From contig CAYQPU010000028.1 in the NCBI GenBank assembly GCA_964419615.1, positions 1-22,510 of the forward strand: 22,510 nucleotides of DNA. Reading direction: 5' to 3'. The DNA comes from an uncultured Methanosarcinales archaeon (lineage in GTDB: Archaea > Nanobdellota > Nanobdellia > Woesearchaeales > JAGVZT01). Below are positions 17,109 to 22,510 of this stretch, piece after piece. The translations under genes were made by a program, and so were the position numbers. The first letter of the stretch is position 1. Each line of letters opens with the position of its first letter. Below the pieces are notes generated by a model that was not told the DNA's origin, did no database searches, and saw only the letters and a program-made list of their open reading frames with translations.

Positions 17109-18378
17109 TATTTAACCTCTCTGCCAATTCTCGAGCTTTTCGAACACAGGCATCCATATTTAAATATTCAAACTCAGCAAACCTTCCACACAATATAATA
17201 CCTATTTCTTTAAAATAATCTCTAACTATTTTAATATTTTTTAAATAGTCCTTATCATAAACAACATATGCATACTTTGTTCTGAAAACATCTTTATGCA
17301 CAATATCTTCTTTGCTCACAATTCCTAATCTATCTAGACCATTAACAGTATGATTAATTATTTGTTCATTACTCATAGAATCAAATCTATCTCCTTTATT
17401 TACTGTATACTCAGCAATTAAAGCAGATTTATCTTCAGGAGCACAATTTTCAGAAAACCTGTTCATAAAACAAATTCTGTGAAAACCAACTCTTCTTGTT
17501 GGAACATACAAAGCAGTCATATCTGTTAAATCTTTAACATCCGCGCCAAGCATAACAACAATCAATGAGTTGTACTTTAAGTCCTTTGTAGCTCTCTTAA
17601 TTTCAGGTGGAACATCATCAAGAGTATTAATCAAATCCATAACTGGGATTGTCGAAACAATTTTGTCAAACCTTTTTTCTTTTTTCCCATTAAAAACAAC
17701 CCATCTTTTACCTTTGGTAATCTTCTTAATATTGTAACCTTTTGTTACTTTCTTAGCCTCAGATTCAAGCACTTTAATCAAAGAATTAATTCCTCCTGTT
17801 ATTGGATAAAAGAAATGGAGTTGGTGTTTATATCCTTCAGTATTAATACCAAGAGAAGACTTAACAACATCTAATTTAGGAGGTTTTGGAACTCTGCCAT
17901 CAACCCAATGCATACTCATATTCTCAGGTTTATAATTCCAAATCTTTTCATTATAAGGCACAAGGTAAACATCAGCAATCCCCTTTCCAAAAGTATGGTA
18001 AATCCATTCTTTAAAATTACTTGGCTTAGGATTAGGATTAAACAAATAATGATATAAACATTTCATATTATCAGAGAAAGGAAGACCAGCAAGATCATTT
18101 TCAAAAGGATATTTAATTTTCTTACCTTTAATAAAAACTCTATTGTTTCTTTTTCTCTTATGCTTGTTATCTCCAAGCTTATCAAGCATCCAATTCAAAG
18201 TTTCTTTATCTTTAGAAAACAGAATATGCCCGCCTTGATCAAAAGTAAAACCATTCTTTTCAAAGCTTCGGCATAGACCTCCGCACTCTTTTTCTCTCTC
18301 CAAAACCTCATAATCATGAACAAGTTCATTAGCAATAGATAGACCAGTCAACCCCCCACCTAAAATGCCAATTTTCAT
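17095..18378 (-). CDS. FAD-dependent oxidoreductase, UDP-galactopyranose-mutase-like / amine-oxidase fold
   Basis: IGILGGGLTG (GxGxxG), GGLCRS, GFTFDQGGH, PYNEKIW and CGRFAEFEYLNMD. The last three resemble pyranose-furanose mutase signatures. Confidence 0.75.
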   Translation of the reverse strand: MKIGILGGGLTGLSIANELVHDYEVLEREKECGGLCRSFEKNGFTFDQGGHILFSKDKETLNWMLDKLGDNKHKRKRNNRVFIKGKKIKYPFENDLAGLPFSDNMKCLYHYLFNPNPKPSNFKEWIYHTFGKGIADVYLVPYNEKIWNYKPENMSMHWVDGRVPKPPKLDVVKSSLGINTEGYKHQLHFFYPITGGINSLIKVLESEAKKVTKGYNIKKITKGKRWVVFNGKKEKRFDKIVSTIPVMDLINTLDDVPPEIKRATKDLKYNSLIVVMLGADVKDLTDMTALYVPTRRVGFHRICFMNRFSENCAPEDKSALIAEYTVNKGDRFDSMSNEQIINHTVNGLDRLGIVSKEDIVHKDVFRTKYAYVVYDKDYLKNIKIVRDYFKEIGIILCGRFAEFEYLNMDACVRKARELAERLNNEKR

Positions 18379-18400
18379 ACTTTAAGGTATTCCAGAATGG

Positions 18401-18429
18401 TATTTAAATCTTTCATAAAACTTATAATA
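18401..18429. promoter_or_regulatory. Back-to-back promoters: flavoprotein operon (minus, GAAAGA-TTTAAATA 18414-18401) and GT87-like gene (plus, AAAAC-TTATAATA 18417-18429)
   Basis: The TATA boxes end 22 and 21 nt before ATG 18378 and ATG 18451. Confidence 0.6.
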
Positions 18430-18450
18430 CTAAGGTCATATATAATCACT

Positions 18451-20244
18451 ATGGACAAAAAAATTGTAAGATTCCTTCAACTTACCACCTTGTTGATAAT
18501 CTTTCTTAGTATAATCTATCTAATAGAAGGTTCATTTGTCTCAAGTGATGTGTGGCAAAATCGCTATAATGGCTGCCTTGAATTCTTAGAAGAAGGAAGA
18601 CTATACAAAAACATCCCTGCATGCGGTCAAGGACCTGTTGTATATGTATCAGGCGCTATTGTAAAATCAATTCTGCCTGCAGATAATTTTGAACATAATA
18701 TGGATACAGCTTTCACTTTAATCATAATCATTCTAAATTTAATCCTTTTCACATTCATACAAAAACAAATACAAATACAAAGAAAAACTAAAAAAGATTA
18801 TTTTTTACTAATCTTAATGCTTTATATTCCCTTAATCTTTTACTTTAGCTTAATGCGTATTGAAATGTTCTTAGCAGCATTTTTTGTTTACTTGGGGTAC
18901 TATTTTAGCAGAAAAACAATCTTGTCTTCAATATTCTTTAGCTTAGCTTTGACAACAAAAGTCACAGCCTTATTTCCAGTAGCAATTCTAGTTGGTTATT
19001 ACATAATAAAAAGAACAATAACAATTAAAAAATCCAAACTAAAATTTAATTTTGACAATTTCATTAAACAATGTAGTCCATATCTTATAACACCTCTGAT
19101 CTTCTTAGCAGTGTTTTCAATTATCACCCCAAACTTTGTTTTTTATATGGTGGTAAACACATTTATTAAAAGATCAATTACTGATCAGAATTTAATAAAC
19201 ATTGGAATATCTGCACTAACAAAAAATTACATTTTTATATCAGCAGTATTAATCTTCTTAATAAGTAGTGTTCTCTTTTCAACAAAAAGAAAATTAGAAT
19301 CATTTTTACCCTTAATTGGAATTCCTCTTGTGATCTTTCTGGTTGCAACAAGTTATAGAAATCCAATTGAAGCATTCACAAGATTTGACATCCATTTAGT
19401 ATATATCCCATTTTTTATAACAGCACTGGGGATATCTACTAAAAAAAATAAACTCAAAATAATTTTAATTGGATTATTAACAGTTCTAATCTATATGTCA
19501 TTACTTGGCTTAAAATCTCAAATCCTAATAAGAAATATAGATCACACAAACAACCAAGTATTATCAAACATCCCTTCTGATGTAAACACAATTCTTATCC
19601 AAAAAATGGACAATAATGATATCTTAGGAACCTTCCAAAGATACAATCCTGATTTGAAAGCAGACTTTGATTCATTCCCAAGACCAAAAGAACCATTATA
19701 CATCTATGACTCTGCAGTTGAATGGTGGTTTGACATTCATAACCTAACAAATGCATCAGAATACTATAACACAACAACAGACAAAGTATATGAAGACTAT
19801 TTAATCAAAGTCAATCAATCACGCTATGATCTAATAGTTGCAGGAGCTCCTTCATGGTGGCCACTTGAACCTTACTTAAGAATAAATGGTGTTCCTAATG
19901 GCTATTGTGATGTGCACATACCTAACTTTTGGTTTGCAGATCCAAATGGAAGAGACTGGTGGCAACTGATCTTTAGAAACCAAGCTCATTGTGATCAAAT
20001 GAACAAAGCAGCAGAACAATTCTACACAAAAAACTTTAACAAGATTTGTAGGGCAAGTCCTCACTATGCCAATACTGTAGTTCCAAAGTTACTTGAGGAA
20101 AATAAAATCCAATTAAATCAGACTTGCGACAATAAGATTGATTATTTATATATTAAGAGACTTGAAAGTGTGGAATTTGATTTGTTTGTTTTTATTCTAG
20201 TATTTACTTTAATCATATTAACAATAAAAAAGAAACATAATTGA
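18451..20244 (+). CDS. GT-C-like (GT87-like) membrane protein with Cys-containing external domain
   Basis: SDVW...GRLYKN...QGPVVY first loop, about 10 TMs, LALTTKVT motif, soluble C-terminal domain and a final TM anchor. ATG 18451 is preferred over 18397 because a TATA ends 21 nt upstream. Confidence 0.55.
   Translation: MDKKIVRFLQLTTLLIIFLSIIYLIEGSFVSSDVWQNRYNGCLEFLEEGRLYKNIPACGQGPVVYVSGAIVKSILPADNFEHNMDTAFTLIIIILNLILFTFIQKQIQIQRKTKKDYFLLILMLYIPLIFYFSLMRIEMFLAAFFVYLGYYFSRKTILSSIFFSLALTTKVTALFPVAILVGYYIIKRTITIKKSKLKFNFDNFIKQCSPYLITPLIFLAVFSIITPNFVFYMVVNTFIKRSITDQNLINIGISALTKNYIFISAVLIFLISSVLFSTKRKLESFLPLIGIPLVIFLVATSYRNPIEAFTRFDIHLVYIPFFITALGISTKKNKLKIILIGLLTVLIYMSLLGLKSQILIRNIDHTNNQVLSNIPSDVNTILIQKMDNNDILGTFQRYNPDLKADFDSFPRPKEPLYIYDSAVEWWFDIHNLTNASEYYNTTTDKVYEDYLIKVNQSRYDLIVAGAPSWWPLEPYLRINGVPNGYCDVHIPNFWFADPNGRDWWQLIFRNQAHCDQMNKAAEQFYTKNFNKICRASPHYANTVVPKLLEENKIQLNQTCDNKIDYLYIKRLESVEFDLFVFILVFTLIILTIKKKHN
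18757..18780 (+). repeat. In-frame imperfect hexamer tandem repeat (ATACAA/AAACAA x4, encoding IQKQIQIQ)
   Basis: ATACAA AAACAA ATACAA ATACAA read directly. Confidence 0.6.
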
Positions 20245-20268
20245 TAGAAAAAACTATGAAGATGGAGT

Positions 20269-20481
20269 CTAGTTTTCGATGAAGTGCTGCACTACTCTAT
20301 TAACTATTTCATTTCTATCGTATGGTTTCATGCCAACATCAAATTCTGCTTCAACAATTTCCATGTGTTTATGTTTGATATCAAATGATGAAATATTCCA
20401 TGCAACTTCTAGATGTATAAACTCTTTATTAACTGGTCGGTTACCTCCCCAATCTCTAAAATTAGCATAATGCCTTCTCAT
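20269..20481 (-). CDS. Small hypothetical protein (70 aa)
   Basis: Fills the gap between flanking genes, ATGA-coupled to the upstream stop (GTATGA), and has a protein-like composition. No family recognised. Confidence 0.6.
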   Translation of the reverse strand: MRRHYANFRDWGGNRPVNKEFIHLEVAWNISSFDIKHKHMEIVEAEFDVGMKPYDRNEIVNRVVQHFIEN

Positions 20482-20891
20482 ACCCAATGATCCATTCCAT
20501 TCATTACAGCAAGTTCTGCGTACGAAACTGCATCTTCTGTATTAAATCCATATTTTCTTAAGCCAAAGTATGATTCCATTACAACACTTGGTTCTACTTC
20601 TGCTAGAAGTGCAACTTCCGTAAGAGCTAATGAGTTTTTAGGATCATAGTGATCTCCGTCCCATTCTCTAACTGCTCTGTTTAATGCTTTGTATGTAAAT
20701 TCAACAAGATCTGGAGAATAAGCCTCTTGTAATTCTGCTAATCTGTCCAAAACCCGCTTTTCTTCCTGAGGGACAAAATCTTCAATGTTGAATGTTAGTT
20801 TATATTGTTCTGTGACTTCATCAATAGATAATCGTTCACTTATAGCATGTTTGTGTAATCTTTCTGCGATACTTAGTAATTCAGTTGTCAT
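20478..20891 (-). CDS. Acidic, probably helical hypothetical protein (137 aa)
   Basis: BRE-TATA (CCGAAACA TTTATATA) ends 23 nt before ATG 20891, so a leaderless start there is more likely than the ORF-track start at 20957. Confidence 0.7.
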   Translation of the reverse strand: MTTELLSIAERLHKHAISERLSIDEVTEQYKLTFNIEDFVPQEEKRVLDRLAELQEAYSPDLVEFTYKALNRAVREWDGDHYDPKNSLALTEVALLAEVEPSVVMESYFGLRKYGFNTEDAVSYAELAVMNGMDHWV

Positions 20892-20914
20892 ACTTAAGCT
20901 GATAATATTGCCCA

Positions 20915-20930
20915 TATATAAATGTTTCGG
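20915..20930 (-). promoter_or_regulatory. BRE+TATA promoter of the hypothetical gene pair
   Basis: Minus strand CCGAAACA-TTTATATA, 23 nt before ATG 20891. Confidence 0.65.
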
Positions 20931-20963
20931 TTTTTTGTCACTTTTAAGTGAAAACAAATATGG

Positions 20964-22510
20964 TCAGCAGTAAAACAAATAACCTAACACAACACCTTTA
21001 TCTTCAAAAAAACCTACTTTCTGACATCTAGACAGTTTTTCCCATAATATGCTCTCCTTGTTTATTGTTGGGAAATCAATAATAGCAAAATCTCCAATAA
21101 TCTCTTCTTCACTAAACTCATCTTCAAAATCAAGTATTGTGACATTCAAGTGTGGAAGATAGTATTGAAAAGCTGTATTTCTAAAAACCTTTACCTCATC
21201 ATATTCATTATCTTTAATATAATCCAAAACTTCATAACTTATTTTATTAACGCTTGGACTAGTTGTACTAAATAAAAATTCCTGCATAACAAACACATTG
21301 TATCCAAAACCAACCCCAATAATCACAGCTAAAATTACAGCTGAAGTTTTTTTATTCTTCAATCCTAAATATGCTCCTAACAATAACATTGAAACCAAAA
21401 AACTAAACCCAACAACCTGGAAATCAAGGAAAAACCCAATAGGTCCTGAGCTTCCAGTAATAGGTAAATAAAAATTCCAATCTAATGACATTGCTCTACT
21501 AACAAAAGCAGTCTTTGGATAGAAATTAATAAAATCAGCGCTCTGACTAAAAATAAAAATTAAAACAAGCGAAGCAATAAATGAGACAATTAGAGTTTTA
21601 CTTATCTTAATTTTGGCTTTACTCAAAAAATTTCCAACAATCATACTCAATGGAGCAAGTAAAACAGTAAAATACCTTTCAATAGGTTTAAAATTATCAG
21701 TATTTACAAAAGTGTAAAACACAAAGATCAGAGAGATCCAAACAATTGGTAATAAGTATTTTTTATTCCATTTCTTAACTGAAATTAAAAACAACACAAT
21801 AAACAAAGGTCCAAGCCAGATAACAGAAAGCATGTACTGAACAAGCAACAATCCCAAATTAAACTCACCTGGAGAAGTATACCTTGAAAAATGCCTCAAA
21901 TTATCAGCAAGCATACTGGACCCACTTGCTAACACAGTTAATGGGTAAATCGAAAACACAACTAAGCCAACTAAAATAACTGGAACAAAAACTTTGAATG
22001 TCTTAACAATATTCTTGGTTTTAAGCAAATAGTATAATCCAAGAATTCCAAAAATAAAAACTCCGGGGAATTTAGTAAGCATAGCTAATCCAGAACCAAT
22101 TCCAGTTAATACAAGCCACTTTCTCTCCTTGGTCTTTTCATACTTTAAAAACATCCAAGTGGAAAGTAAATAAAACATCATCAAAAATGAACCATCAATA
22201 TCAATCTGAAGTGATGCTAAAGTTGGATAAGCCCCAAAAGTCATTAAGCCTGCAGCAAATATTGCAGCCTTTTCACTAAACAGGTCTTTAGACACAAAAT
22301 AAACCAAACAAATATTCACAAGTCCAACAAGCAACATCAGCAACTTACTAACCCAAACATTAGATCCTAAAATAAACCTAAACAGTGTGTGCATCAATAT
22401 TGACAAAGGAGGATGCCAATTAAGCCAAAACTCAGAAGAAAGCCAACCCTTTTCATCCATAGCTGCAAAATGATTCAAACCAGGAAGTCTAATGAAAAAA
22501 GCTATGATTA
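20964..22510 (-). CDS. ArnT/PMT-like (GT39/GT83) GT-C glycosyltransferase (5'-truncated by window edge)
   Basis: The frame stays open to the window end (IIAFFIRLPGLNHFAAMDEKGW). DE motif in the first loop, HPPL, GLAMLTKFPG, ERYF and many TMs. Confidence 0.8.
   Translation of the reverse strand, partial: IIAFFIRLPGLNHFAAMDEKGWLSSEFWLNWHPPLSILMHTLFRFILGSNVWVSKLLMLLVGLVNICLVYFVSKDLFSEKAAIFAAGLMTFGAYPTLASLQIDIDGSFLMMFYLLSTWMFLKYEKTKERKWLVLTGIGSGLAMLTKFPGVFIFGILGLYYLLKTKNIVKTFKVFVPVILVGLVVFSIYPLTVLASGSSMLADNLRHFSRYTSPGEFNLGLLLVQYMLSVIWLGPLFIVLFLISVKKWNKKYLLPIVWISLIFVFYTFVNTDNFKPIERYFTVLLAPLSMIVGNFLSKAKIKISKTLIVSFIASLVLIFIFSQSADFINFYPKTAFVSRAMSLDWNFYLPITGSSGPIGFFLDFQVVGFSFLVSMLLLGAYLGLKNKKTSAVILAVIIGVGFGYNVFVMQEFLFSTTSPSVNKISYEVLDYIKDNEYDEVKVFRNTAFQYYLPHLNVTILDFEDEFSEEEIIGDFAIIDFPTINKESILWEKLSRCQKVGFFEDKGVVLGYLFYC

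Noticed and set aside
17095-18378. Protoporphyrinogen oxidase (HemY) call for the flavoprotein
   Set aside because: It shares only the FAD fold. There are no heme genes nearby, and the motifs and context fit a sugar-nucleotide enzyme better.
19700-19745. EWWFDIH in the 18451 protein resembling the AglB/STT3 WWDxG motif
   Set aside because: The spacing is wrong and there is no Gly or DK/MI motif. No protein in the window has an oligosaccharyltransferase signature.
20938-20951. Hairpin TCACTT-TT-AAGTGA (also TCAATA/TATTGA 6323-6341, ATGTTT/AAACAT 12621-12639, CTTAG/CTAAG 12673-12686) as terminators or operators
   Set aside because: The arms are only 5-6 bp in AT-rich DNA, which is expected by chance, and they share no consensus.
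183-20973. Short ORF-track entries nested in or antisense to long genes (e.g. 183-383, 810-1001, 3033-3227, 4788-4988, 5537-5761, 6003-6239, 6323-6520, 6884-7153, 8125-8364, 8350-8559, 8972-9217, 9365-9556, 10450-10701, 10765-11016, 12863-13144, 13468-13746, 14038-14253, 15091-15330, 15545-15763, 19595-19777, 19876-20064, 20279-20470, 20785-20973)
   Set aside because: They fully overlap well-supported CDS, have no RBS or promoter, and show the S/F/I/L-rich composition typical of shadow frames.
1-22510. CRISPR array, tRNA/rRNA genes, or Borg-like long tandem repeats
   Set aside because: Intergenic gaps are all under about 200 nt, with no spaced repeats or cloverleaf-like GC-rich segments. The only tandem repeat is a 24-nt imperfect hexamer.

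Overview
AT-rich, gene-dense window with 22 CDS (16 on the minus strand), two of them cut by the window edges. I found no rRNA, tRNA, CRISPR array or transposase. BRE+TATA promoters, GGTGA/GGAGG ribosome-binding sites on internal genes and several apparently leaderless first genes point to an archaeon; a DPANN lineage such as Woesearchaeota is an inference. The window is a surface-glycosylation island. It holds a candidate NDP(GDP)-D-glycero-alpha-D-manno-heptose pathway (transaldolase, GmhA-like, HddA, GmhB, HddC-like) laid out in exact reverse pathway order. It also holds an operon of a UGM-like flavoprotein, a GT2, a 4-epimerase-like SDR, an IMPase and the nucleotidyltransferase; two DPM1-like polyprenyl-phosphate GT2s; five GT-C-type membrane proteins; and two SAM methyltransferases. 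The most interesting hypothesis is a lipid-linked, possibly modified (epimerised, furanose or O-methylated) heptose glycosylation system. Several orphan genes interrupt the island: a degenerate PI3K/HipA-like kinase bracketed by a perfect 13-bp inverted repeat, a divergent second IMPase-fold enzyme on the opposite strand, a Cys-rich small membrane protein and a coupled pair of unknown genes. All product calls come from motif recognition by eye; no searches were run.
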